DNA from: a virus
Taxonomy: Duplodnaviria > Caudoviricetes
DNA: 39,068 nt
IMG/VR virus record: IMGVR_UViG_3300036520_000015
Location: 1 to 39,068 of that record
Direction: 5' to 3' (one strand)
The notes below the pieces were generated by a model. It was not told where the DNA came from and ran no database searches. It was given only the letters and a program-made list of their open reading frames with translations. This document shows, piece after piece, positions 1 through 8,335 of the stretch; the stretch's first letter is position 1; each line of letters starts with the position of its first letter. The translations under genes and the position numbers were made by a program.

Positions 1-249
1 TCAGCGATAGTCGCCGATGGTGGTTAATGTTTGGCCCTGCTTTTTGGCCAACTTGGCCTGGCGCGCTCTTACCGCTGCCATGGCGTCATTCTGTGTCAGC
101 AACTGGTCGCGCTCGCCTTCGAGGCGCTGCCAGATGGGTAAGTAGGTAACGCCGCCATCCGGCGCTTCGGCCATGATCTCAGCCATGCGGTCGAGCGCCC
201 ATTCGAGCGTCTCGACCGTGATTGGCTGTCCTGGCACGTAGCGGGACAT
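1..249 (-). CDS. Phage hypothetical protein (early left operon)
   Basis: 82-aa ORF co-directional and tightly packed with upstream minus-strand ORFs. Confidence 0.75.
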   Translation of the reverse strand: MSRYVPGQPITVETLEWALDRMAEIMAEAPDGGVTYLPIWQRLEGERDQLLTQNDAMAAVRARQAKLAKKQGQTLTTIGDYR

Positions 250-252
250 AAA

Positions 253-342
253 TCAGATCGCCGCGATCATGCAGGCGAGAACGGCAAGGGCAACGATCGC
301 CATTGCCAGATCGGATTGGAGCCGCGAAACCAAAGTCTCCAT
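253..342 (-). CDS. 29-aa hydrophobic peptide METLVSRLQSDLAMAIVALAVLACMIAAI
   Basis: Not in the ORF track; ATG overlaps the stop of 342..758 (TAATG) and the ORF fills the gap to the next gene. Confidence 0.6.
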   Translation of the reverse strand: METLVSRLQSDLAMAIVALAVLACMIAAI

Positions 343-758
343 TAAGACACCAGGCCGGTGTTGCCGTGGGCAAAGGCGAGAGCCGCTCGAGCCATGGCTT
401 TGCGCATCAATAGGTCGATCTGAGTTTTGGTGAAGCTGCGAGCCTGCAGCTCGGCGACAAGCACCTGCTTGGGCGGCAGCATGGTCTTGATGATGTCGGC
501 CATATCATCTTCGACCTGGCGCAGAGATCGGACAGGATCATCATTCACATCGCGAACGAAGCACTTGTTGGCCTGTGCACGAGCTGCGCTCTCGTGTTCG
601 TCGAGGAAGTTAGTAGACCAGCCGCGTTCCAGCAGGCGCTTGCGAGTCGCGTCGCCTTCCGCGTTAAGGTCGATCATATCTGCGACAAGCGCATCTAGGC
701 GTTGATCTTCGATGGTTGGGAAAGGAGTTCGAGTGGCCGTGTTTTGAGCTGCGAGCAT
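342..758 (-). CDS. Phage hypothetical protein, first gene of the pL operon
   Basis: 138-aa ORF with GGAGG RBS, downstream of the leftward promoter. Confidence 0.8.
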   Translation of the reverse strand: MLAAQNTATRTPFPTIEDQRLDALVADMIDLNAEGDATRKRLLERGWSTNFLDEHESAARAQANKCFVRDVNDDPVRSLRQVEDDMADIIKTMLPPKQVLVAELQARSFTKTQIDLLMRKAMARAALAFAHGNTGLVS

Positions 759-785
759 TTGGTCCCTCCAAAGTTGCTGAAGGGT

Positions 786-841
786 TTATAAGCTAAACTG
801 TAAAACCAATGCAAGCTGCACTTACAAACAAGCTGATGCAA
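786..841 (-). promoter_or_regulatory. pL promoter and OL operators
   Basis: Minus strand reads CTTGCATTggttTTACAGTtTAGCTTATAA, near-identical to 1920-1949; operator-like AAG-N5-CT(T/G) boxes at 788-801 and 811-824, weaker one at 828-841. Confidence 0.7.
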
Positions 842-879
842 AAACCGACTCGACTCTCTCGCTCAAAGAATCAAGAATA

Positions 880-894
880 GAACGTTAAGAGAAC
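880..894 (+). promoter_or_regulatory. Alphaproteobacterial LexA (SOS) box
   Basis: GAACgttaagaGAAC is a perfect GAAC-N7-GAAC, 14 bp upstream of ATG 909. Confidence 0.8.
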
Positions 895-908
895 AAAGGC
901 GGGAGAGA

Positions 909-1220
909 ATGGGCCTTCCAAGCGCAGAGCCGACAGTAGGCGAGACCATATCGATCGAGGTCGAGTGCACGGATTGTGGTCACACTCGGTGGCTCAGGCC
1001 GGATCAGCTTATCGCCTTTGGGGTTAGGGGTGACGTCAGGCTGTCAAGCCTTGCGCCCCGCCTGTCTTGTTCTGAGTGCCGGGCCGATGGCTTGCCGGGG
1101 AAAACCGTTTCGCTGCGCGCCGCCTTTGCGACTGACACTGCTCGGGATAGAGCTCGGCGCTGGCTAGATGCTAAAAGCCAAGCAGCTCCGTATACGGGAT
1201 CACGCGCCAGACGCGTTTGA
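909..1220 (+). CDS. Small zinc-ribbon protein, probably SOS-inducible
   Basis: CTDC and CSEC pairs; GGGAGA RBS; overlaps the 3' end of cI by 50 nt. Confidence 0.75.
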   Translation: MGLPSAEPTVGETISIEVECTDCGHTRWLRPDQLIAFGVRGDVRLSSLAPRLSCSECRADGLPGKTVSLRAAFATDTARDRARRWLDAKSQAAPYTGSRARRV

Positions 1221-1872
1221 CTTCATAACGGTTATAGGTGATTTCCTTATCCGGGTTGTGCTGCCGGACAATGACATCTGAGGCTGTGCGCCGAAGTAGG
1301 TGTTTGACATAAGCTTTGCCGGCCTTTGCTCCCTCCTCTGGGAACATCTCAATGACCACATAGTCACCAGGCACCGGTTCTCTGCCGCCAACGTAAATCA
1401 ACTCACCCGGATAATAACGCGGCACCATGCTGTCACTCAGAATGTGGAGCGCAAACACGTTGCGCAGGTGAGCAATCCCTGGTGGTCTACGAACATGGCC
1501 CGCCACTTCACCGTTGAAAGTGAAGTCTCCGTCATCACCACCAACGGCGATGCCCATCAATTCCACGTCCATTGGGCCTACGGTTGGCAGCCCCGCCGTG
1601 GTCACGAACTCTGCATCGCTTGGCTTTTCTTCGCCCGCCTCCTCTAGGAACACGACCTCGCCTCTCCCGAGAGCGGTGGCGTCAACTCCAAGGAAGTCGG
1701 CCACCTGGATCAGGTTGTCGGTAGACGGAAGATTGTGGCCGCCTTCCCAGTTGCCAACGGCAGCAACATTCACGCCGATTCTCTCGGCGACTTCACGCAT
1801 CACTTTGGCGCGTTGTTTGCGCGCCTGACGGATGGCGTTGCCAACTCTCTTTGCGCGCTCAGCTTTTTCCAT
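1171..1872 (-). CDS. cI: CI-like repressor (XRE HTH + S24 peptidase)
   Basis: HTH (VAERIGVNVAAVGNWEGG..P); catalytic SDSM and YVK; divergent from cro; ATG 1872 preferred over the track start. Confidence 0.92.
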   Translation of the reverse strand: MEKAERAKRVGNAIRQARKQRAKVMREVAERIGVNVAAVGNWEGGHNLPSTDNLIQVADFLGVDATALGRGEVVFLEEAGEEKPSDAEFVTTAGLPTVGPMDVELMGIAVGGDDGDFTFNGEVAGHVRRPPGIAHLRNVFALHILSDSMVPRYYPGELIYVGGREPVPGDYVVIEMFPEEGAKAGKAYVKHLLRRTASDVIVRQHNPDKEITYNRYEVKRVWRVIPYTELLGF

Positions 1873-1889
1873 GGCCGCATGTGATAGCG

Positions 1890-1949
1890 ACAGTGTGGCT
1901 TGCGTCCATGACAGAGTCTCTTGCATTCAAATTACAGTATAGCTTATAA
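1890..1949 (+). promoter_or_regulatory. OR operators (three) and pR promoter
   Basis: ACAG-N5-CTT boxes start at 1890, 1911 and 1934; -35 TTGCAT at 1921 and -10 TTATAA at about 1944. Confidence 0.7.
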
Positions 1950-1956
1950 GCGCTGT

Positions 1957-2172
1957 ATGAACGAACATGCTTCACCTCTTCAAACAGCCATTCAGAACGT
2001 CGGCACGGCGAGCGAATTGGCTCGGCAGTTGGGCATTACGCCAGCAGCGGTTCTGCAGTGGGACAAAGTTCCACCCAACCGGGTCCTGCAGGTTGAGCGG
2101 CTGTCGGGCGTTTCCCGCCACGTACTTCGCCCCGACATTTTTGGGCCACTTCCGCAAGAGGCGGTCGCATGA
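1957..2172 (+). CDS. cro: Cro-like (YdaS family) HTH regulator
   Basis: ASELARQLGITPAAVLQW..VP..R...LRPDIF signature. Confidence 0.9.
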   Translation: MNEHASPLQTAIQNVGTASELARQLGITPAAVLQWDKVPPNRVLQVERLSGVSRHVLRPDIFGPLPQEAVA

Positions 2173-2432
2173 CCGGACATCCATCACTCTCTTCGAGGCG
2201 CGCTGCCCATGCATGGGGCGTTCTCGCGCTCAGCTGCGCCTTGATCCTGCCCGTCGGCGTGTTGTTCTCCTCCCTCGGCACGCTGGCGGGCAGCTCTCGC
2301 TTTCTGGAATGCAGCGATCGCGTCGTGCAGGGCCGTGCTGGGTCGGTAGTGCTGAAATCTGCTCATGACGACGATGTCGCATGGCGGAATCGTGGCTGTC
2401 ACGGTGCCGCTGAGCGGAGTTTCGCACCATGA
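2169..2432 (+). CDS. Hypothetical protein with a hydrophobic segment
   Basis: ATGA overlaps with both neighbours. Confidence 0.55.
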   Translation: MTGHPSLSSRRAAHAWGVLALSCALILPVGVLFSSLGTLAGSSRFLECSDRVVQGRAGSVVLKSAHDDDVAWRNRGCHGAAERSFAP

Positions 2433-2908
2433 GTGCGCGGCAATTGCCTGCCACCGACTACGCGGGGCTCAAAGCCGCAACACGCAAACAGATCTCGATC
2501 AACGGTGGCCCTGTGGAAGCCGCCCGCTCGACGCGCGTCGGGCACCAGGATCTATCCCGCTACGGTTCTACCGCAGATGACCACGACGAGCGGTTCATCC
2601 CGGCAGACGTGATCGCCGACCTTGAGGCCGAATGCGGCCAGCCCATCATCACCCGCAAGCTTGCGGAACTGAGCGGCTATGTCCTGATCCGCTTGCCACA
2701 AGGACGGGGGCCAGGACGTGTGCTCGAAGCATCCGGGCGTTCGGCGCAGGACATGGGCGCCATGATGATGGAACTCGGCCAGGCGCTTACCGATGGCAGG
2801 CTGACCGGGCCGGAAAGTGCAGCCATTCATGAGCGCATTCAATGCCTGCAAATCGACCTGGCGGAGCTGGATGCTGCTGTTCAGGCGGAAGCGGGTGAGC
2901 AGAAATGA
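2429..2908 (+). CDS. CII-like phage regulatory protein
   Basis: Position after cro; FIPADVIADLE..G.P..T..LA..GY and ALTDGRLT motifs. Confidence 0.7.
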   Translation: MSARQLPATDYAGLKAATRKQISINGGPVEAARSTRVGHQDLSRYGSTADDHDERFIPADVIADLEAECGQPIITRKLAELSGYVLIRLPQGRGPGRVLEASGRSAQDMGAMMMELGQALTDGRLTGPESAAIHERIQCLQIDLAELDAAVQAEAGEQK

Positions 2909-4293
2909 GTGAGCTTGCCCTCTATGAGACTGCCAAGGAAGCGCTTGCCACAGCCGTTCGTATCGACGAAGTCATCGACATCCACGACCAGGCCCGCCGG
3001 GCGCAAGCCTATGCCAAGATTGCTCGCGACCGTCGCCTGGTTGCCGACGCGCAGGAGTTGATTGCTCGTGCTGAGCGCAAGCTCGGCATCATGCTGCGGC
3101 GTGTCAAAGAGCAGGGTCTGCTCTCCAGTGGTGGGCGCCCCAGCAATAGCAATTTGGATGAACCTGAAACCGGTGCCGACGCGGAACCGGTTTTCGACAG
3201 CACCAGCTTCACGCTGGCAGAGCTCGGCATCTCCAAAAAGCTCAGCAGCCGAGCGCAGGCCTTGGCCGAACTCGACGACGATGACTTCGAAAGCAGCGTC
3301 AGCGAGGCTCGGGACAAGACGCTAGCGGCCGATGCTGCCGTGATCAGCCCCAAGCGGATCAAGGTGGCGCCAGCTGCCAAGCCCGCCAAGGCAGTGGCGC
3401 TTGAGCCGCGTCGCTTTCACCAGTTCGTTGTGTCGCTCCTGGCCATGTCGTTCGCCGGCGACCGCGTGTCCAGCATCGGCATTTGGGATTTGGCGCGCAC
3501 GACAGGGATCGTCGAGGGCGCGGACGACGATATTGAGTTCACGGCCGAGGCGTATGCAGCCCTCGGCGCGCTTGCTGCGACGGCGTTACTGCCGATGGTC
3601 GGCAATGAGAATTCCCAAGCGAAAGCATCCGAAGACGGCGGCGCGAATGTCACAGGGGAGAGTGCCCCAGACGACAGCGTGACGGGAGATGCAAGTAGGG
3701 CGAGCGACGGCGCCGGAACCGTCGCACCAATTCAGCTGGGAACGGCTACCGAAGCGCCCATGGAAGTATACGGGGACAGTGTGGAGGCCGCGACGGCGCC
3801 TCTTAGCGAGTCTGTCGACATTCTTCTCGGCGGGGAAATGGTTGAGAGGCTCGACGGAGCTGATCAGCCTCCCGCCGTATCCCATCTGCCGGAGACGGCT
3901 AACGAGACGGCGGGCGGATTTCCTGTAGCTGCAGCGCCGGGAAAAGCGGAGCAACAGGGGGCGGGGAAGGCCACCAGAGAAGCCAACCTGGGAACGTCGC
4001 TGGCAACGGACGTGACAGCCGGAGAGACGGCATCACAACTCTTAGAGAAAGCACGGCTGCGCGAAGCCTATGACGGCGAGGTGGCGCTTTTACTGCCGCA
4101 CAAGGGCAAGCTGACGATGCTTTGGGCCGAAGCTGCCTTGCGCGCCGGCTATGCGGCTGAGGTGCCCGTGCTGCTCATTGCGGAAGACCTCGGCCACCCC
4201 GTGGGGACGGTCAAGAGCTGGGCTCACAGGCTCGAGCTCACCAGCAAAGACCGCATGCACGCCGTGCAACAACGGTTTGGGGCATCATCATGA
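2905..4293 (+). CDS. Hypothetical protein: helical N-terminus with HTH-like segment, acidic low-complexity linker, C-terminal HTH-like segment
   Basis: TLAELGISKKLSSRAQALA and IAEDLGHPVGTVKSWAHRL; coupled to neighbours. Confidence 0.7.
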   Translation: MSELALYETAKEALATAVRIDEVIDIHDQARRAQAYAKIARDRRLVADAQELIARAERKLGIMLRRVKEQGLLSSGGRPSNSNLDEPETGADAEPVFDSTSFTLAELGISKKLSSRAQALAELDDDDFESSVSEARDKTLAADAAVISPKRIKVAPAAKPAKAVALEPRRFHQFVVSLLAMSFAGDRVSSIGIWDLARTTGIVEGADDDIEFTAEAYAALGALAATALLPMVGNENSQAKASEDGGANVTGESAPDDSVTGDASRASDGAGTVAPIQLGTATEAPMEVYGDSVEAATAPLSESVDILLGGEMVERLDGADQPPAVSHLPETANETAGGFPVAAAPGKAEQQGAGKATREANLGTSLATDVTAGETASQLLEKARLREAYDGEVALLLPHKGKLTMLWAEAALRAGYAAEVPVLLIAEDLGHPVGTVKSWAHRLELTSKDRMHAVQQRFGASS

Positions 4294-4532
4294 GCCGCCA
4301 TCCGCCTCGATACCATGCTCGCTTGGTCGATGTGCGGGTTGAGCTAGACCCGGCCGGTGATCATCGCCTGGTTGTCGAGACTGATGGTGGCATTCTGATC
4401 GCCGATTACGACACCGGCCAGGTCAAGCAGCTCGAACAAGCCATCGAGCGGTTCTTTTCCATCACCATCCAGGCAGATGGCGGACCTGACTTCCACAATC
4501 GCCGCTCCGTCCCTGTTGAGGTTTCCCGATGA
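4290..4532 (+). CDS. Hypothetical protein
   Basis: ATGA-coupled on both sides. Confidence 0.7.
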   Translation: MSRHPPRYHARLVDVRVELDPAGDHRLVVETDGGILIADYDTGQVKQLEQAIERFFSITIQADGGPDFHNRRSVPVEVSR

Positions 4533-5104
4533 ACGCCATTGCTGTTGTTCAGGCGCTGCGCTCCCGCGCCGATATTCCAGATGTGACTCACGATCCGCAC
4601 CTGATGCTTGGTCTGTTGTTACTCAATGAGAGGGGCATATCAGAACGAACGCTAGGGCAAGCTATCGGTTACAGCGCTGCAAAGGTGCGCGGATTTATGG
4701 GGCAGGCCCGCGTAGGTGGTTTGCGCCGTGCGACCCCTTGGATGGGCGAGAAGCATAGTTTTTCCATGGGCGGCAGCGCGCCCGCTCCGGCAGTCCGGAG
4801 AAAGAAAGATCCAAAACGCCGCGAGGTCTTCACCACGCTTTGGTACCGAGACGCGATCGGCCTGATGCTGAAGGCGCAAGGTATGATGACCGGTAATCTG
4901 GACCAGATCGCCCTTCGCCATGAGCTTGGATCGGCCGAAGCCGATTTGATCTGGCGCCTAAAAGGTGTCCTGCAGCGCGAAGGCTTTGAGGTTGCTGTTC
5001 AGCCTGATGCCGTTGGCCGGCGCGCTCGATACACGCTCGAAGGTCAGCATGCCGAGCGCATGCGCCAGATCATCGGAAATGGCTGGTTCGAGGTGTCGCG
5101 TTGA
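4529..5104 (+). CDS. Hypothetical protein, possible HTH
   Basis: GISERTLGQAIGYSAAKV; coupled to neighbours. Confidence 0.65.
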   Translation: MNAIAVVQALRSRADIPDVTHDPHLMLGLLLLNERGISERTLGQAIGYSAAKVRGFMGQARVGGLRRATPWMGEKHSFSMGGSAPAPAVRRKKDPKRREVFTTLWYRDAIGLMLKAQGMMTGNLDQIALRHELGSAEADLIWRLKGVLQREGFEVAVQPDAVGRRARYTLEGQHAERMRQIIGNGWFEVSR

Positions 5105-5763
5105 CCCTTGTTGCCCGCACGTTCGCAGAAATGCGCCCAATCGGTGGCTTCAAGGTGATCCTGGCAGATCCGCCTTGGCTGTTCGAGCATCGCTCAGCCA
5201 AGGGCGAGGGCAAGGCGCCGCAACAGCACTATCCGTGCGAGTCGATCGACGACATCGCAGCCTTGCCCGTGGATCTGCTGGCCGCTGACGATTGCGCCCT
5301 GTTCATGTGGGTCACCTGGCCGCTGATGCCGCGGTGGATGCGCGTGATCGAGGCCTGGGGCTTCGAGTTCGCTGGCCTCGCTTGGGAATGGCTGAAATTC
5401 AATCCAGCCACCGGTAAATATGCATTCGGACCCGGCTACGGCACGCGCAAGAATGTCGAGCCGTGCCTGTTATGCACGCGCGGCAATCCCTCGCTGCGCA
5501 GCCCGATGCCTGACGATCTCTTTGGCCTCGGGGCTGTTCCGCAGGGCGTGCACAGCGTCCGCGACTTCATCGAGGCCATGCCTCAGGACGCGATCCGGGC
5601 CAAGCGGCGCGAGCACAGCCGCAAACCTGACGAACAGTATGGCCGCATCGAAACTCTGTTTGACGGTCCCTTTGTCGAACTCTTCGCCCGTCAGGCTCGG
5701 CCAGGCTGGGCTTGCTGGGGCAATGAGACCGACAAATTTCAATATGAGGAGCAAGTGGCATGA
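5101..5763 (+). CDS. MT-A70 family N6-adenine DNA methyltransferase
   Basis: VILADPPW, LFMW, WGF, HSRKP and VELFAR..RPGW..WGNE motifs. Confidence 0.93.
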   Translation: MTLVARTFAEMRPIGGFKVILADPPWLFEHRSAKGEGKAPQQHYPCESIDDIAALPVDLLAADDCALFMWVTWPLMPRWMRVIEAWGFEFAGLAWEWLKFNPATGKYAFGPGYGTRKNVEPCLLCTRGNPSLRSPMPDDLFGLGAVPQGVHSVRDFIEAMPQDAIRAKRREHSRKPDEQYGRIETLFDGPFVELFARQARPGWACWGNETDKFQYEEQVA

Positions 5764-5960
5764 AGGCACCCATGAAAACGGTCGGCGGATTGTCCGTTCG
5801 CAACGAGATAGAAGCCCGCCTTGCCCATGCCGAGGGCGAGGCGCGTGCTGCGGCCTTTGATGAAGCAATCGCCTTCCTTGGTGGCAGCGGGTTCGTCGAC
5901 GCAGCCGAGGCACTGCGCATTGCGGCTTTCGAGCCGCAGCCTGTGCCGGAGCGGGCATGA
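5760..5960 (+). CDS. Hypothetical protein
   Basis: ATGA-coupled on both sides. Confidence 0.65.
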   Translation: MKAPMKTVGGLSVRNEIEARLAHAEGEARAAAFDEAIAFLGGSGFVDAAEALRIAAFEPQPVPERA

Positions 5961-6433
5961 TGTTCCGCACCGATCGCCAGATTACGGAAGCCACGCTGCC
6001 CAGTTCGTTCTTCTGGGCCGTGATGGTCAACGGCGTTGCCGATCGGCATGCGCAGGACCATGCAGCCGTGATTGCGCTGCTCGACCAGGCGACCGAAGTC
6101 GAGTTGGTCGGGCTGACCTATGAACATCGCAGCAAGATTCTGCGCCGCTCCAAGCGGATCTATGACCAGGCCCTGGCCGAGTTCCAGCGGCAGGAGATCG
6201 AGGCCGGCAGGTTTGGGCTGATCGCCTTCTACCTGTTCGACATGCTGCGCGATGCTGGCCTGTTCACGCTGGTGCATGGCAGTCCGCTCGATCAGGCGCT
6301 TGAGGCTCTGCTGCCCGCGATTGCCGAGTGGACGGCGCTGCCGGCTGTGGATGCGTCGGCCCAGAAGCAGGCGCGGCGGTTGCTCGGGCTGCTTCAGCGC
6401 GAGGGATACTACCGAGAGGCAATTGCGGCATGA
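5957..6433 (+). CDS. Hypothetical protein
   Basis: ATGA-coupled; high-GC3 codon usage. Confidence 0.75.
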   Translation: MMFRTDRQITEATLPSSFFWAVMVNGVADRHAQDHAAVIALLDQATEVELVGLTYEHRSKILRRSKRIYDQALAEFQRQEIEAGRFGLIAFYLFDMLRDAGLFTLVHGSPLDQALEALLPAIAEWTALPAVDASAQKQARRLLGLLQREGYYREAIAA

Positions 6434-7142
6434 GCGATAAGCCAATCCTTTTCAGTGGATCAATGGTGCGGGCGCTGCTGGCCGGTACCAAGACTCAGAC
6501 GCGGCGAGCACTAAAGCCGCAACCATTCATCGATGCCATGGGCAATTTGTGCGCGCCTGATCGGAAAGCCAAGGTGTGGAACTACGGACAAAACGCAGTG
6601 GTGTGCCGCACATCCGGAAGTTCGCCGAAACAGAACTCAGGATCAAGGTTGGCGACCGCCTCTATGTCCGTGAAGCCTGGCGCTGCAATGGCTGGGCGAC
6701 AGATGTTGCCACGGTCAAGTACCGGGCGAGCGAAGACGATGGCTATACGGCCATGACAGAGCAATACCCTGTCGACGGCAAGAAGCCGATGCGCGTTACT
6801 GGAACCTGGCGACCCGGCATCCACATGCCTCGCTGGGCATCGCGCTTGACGCTCACCGTCGCCGATGTGCGGGTCGAGCGCCTGCAAGACATCAGTGCAA
6901 GCGATGCTCTCGCCGAGGGTGTGAGTTCAACTGAGCATTGGCGCCCCAAGGACGTTGAAGGAAAGCCATTTGAAGACAAATGGTGGGACGATTTCACGTT
7001 TTGGAACCACTATCCGCAGCTTGCCTACCGCTCTGTATGGGAAGCCATCAATGGGGCTGGTTCGTGGGAAACTAACCCATGGGTTGCTGCCTATTCGTTC
7101 GGCGTCGAGCGCGGCAACATTGATGCGGTGTCCGCTCAATGA
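6430..7142 (+). pseudogene. ASCH/PUA-like phage protein split by a frameshift near 6590-6600
   Basis: [22 protein letters not shown] in one frame; [38 protein letters not shown] in another. Confidence 0.75.
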
Positions 7143-8335
7143 GCCTTTCGCCCGAACTCGAAACCCTCAAGCTTGAAGCCCTGGCCGTCACTTGCTGGAG
7201 CTGGGCCACCTTCAAGGGCTGGAAGCTTGGTCCCGGCACCGACAAGGCAGGCCCTTGCCCACTCTGCGGCGGCAAGGATCGTTTCGCCATCCACACGACC
7301 AAGAACACCTTCAATTGCCGGCGCTGCGGCCTAAGCGGGGGCGGCGTAATCGACCTGGTGATGAAGACCGAGCATGTCGGCTTCGTTGGAGCTTGCGAGC
7401 TGATCACCGGCCGCACCGTTGCCGACCCAGTCTCGGCCGAGGAAATGGCGCAGATCGCGCTCAAGGCCGAACAGCGCGAGCGTGAACGTGCGGCCGAGGA
7501 AGACAAGCGCCGGCTGCGAGCCATCTCCGAAGGTAAGTCGATCTGGGATCGCACGATTGATCCTGGTCTGCCAGGCAGCGGCGGCGTTGCTGACTATCTT
7601 GCGCTACGTGGTGTTGGCGGTCTGCACTTCGATCGCGTGCTGGTGCGCGAGATCGCCAAGCTCGATTATGTCGTCGAGGTTGCCGCCGAGGATGGCCGCA
7701 AGAGCTATCCCGTTATTCACTCCGGCCCTGCCATGGTCGCGGCCGTGGTGCTGCCGGATGGCAGTTTCGGCGCCGCGCACCAGACGTGGATCGACCTTGG
7801 CCAGGACAATGGCAAGGTGAAGCTGTTCCACCCGAACAAGAAGGAAAAGGACGGCTCGCCGCTGGCCCTGCCGGCCAAGAAGGTGCGGGGCAGCAAGAAG
7901 GGTGGCGCGATCAAGCTCTACACGCCCAAGACAGTGACTCGCATCGTCATGGGTGAGGGTATCGAAACCACCCTGACTGCGTTGCGGCACAACTTCGAGC
8001 AGAACACCGCCTATTGGGCCGGTGTTGACCTCGGCAACATGAGCGGCAAAGCCTTCCGCGACTTCGAGAACAAACGGCATGAAGATCGTCCCGACATGGG
8101 CGATCTGGATTGCTTCCTGCCACCCGACTGGTGCGACGAACTGGTCTATCTCTGCGACAGCGACGAACCAGAAACCAAGACGGTAGAGAAGGCAACACGC
8201 GGGCTTCTGCGGGCTCTGGAGGTGCGCGAGCAAGCTCGGGTCATCCGGCCAGACTTGGCTTACCTCAACTGTCAGCTCGTGCAGCCGATCGGCCACGGCA
8301 AGGACCTCAATGACCTGGTGAGGGTCGGCGCATGA
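7139..8335 (+). CDS. P4 alpha-type primase (Zn-binding + Toprim-like)
   Basis: GPCPLCGGKDRF..FNCRRC zinc finger; GEGIETTL and CDSD Toprim motifs. Confidence 0.85.
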   Translation: MSLSPELETLKLEALAVTCWSWATFKGWKLGPGTDKAGPCPLCGGKDRFAIHTTKNTFNCRRCGLSGGGVIDLVMKTEHVGFVGACELITGRTVADPVSAEEMAQIALKAEQRERERAAEEDKRRLRAISEGKSIWDRTIDPGLPGSGGVADYLALRGVGGLHFDRVLVREIAKLDYVVEVAAEDGRKSYPVIHSGPAMVAAVVLPDGSFGAAHQTWIDLGQDNGKVKLFHPNKKEKDGSPLALPAKKVRGSKKGGAIKLYTPKTVTRIVMGEGIETTLTALRHNFEQNTAYWAGVDLGNMSGKAFRDFENKRHEDRPDMGDLDCFLPPDWCDELVYLCDSDEPETKTVEKATRGLLRALEVREQARVIRPDLAYLNCQLVQPIGHGKDLNDLVRVGA

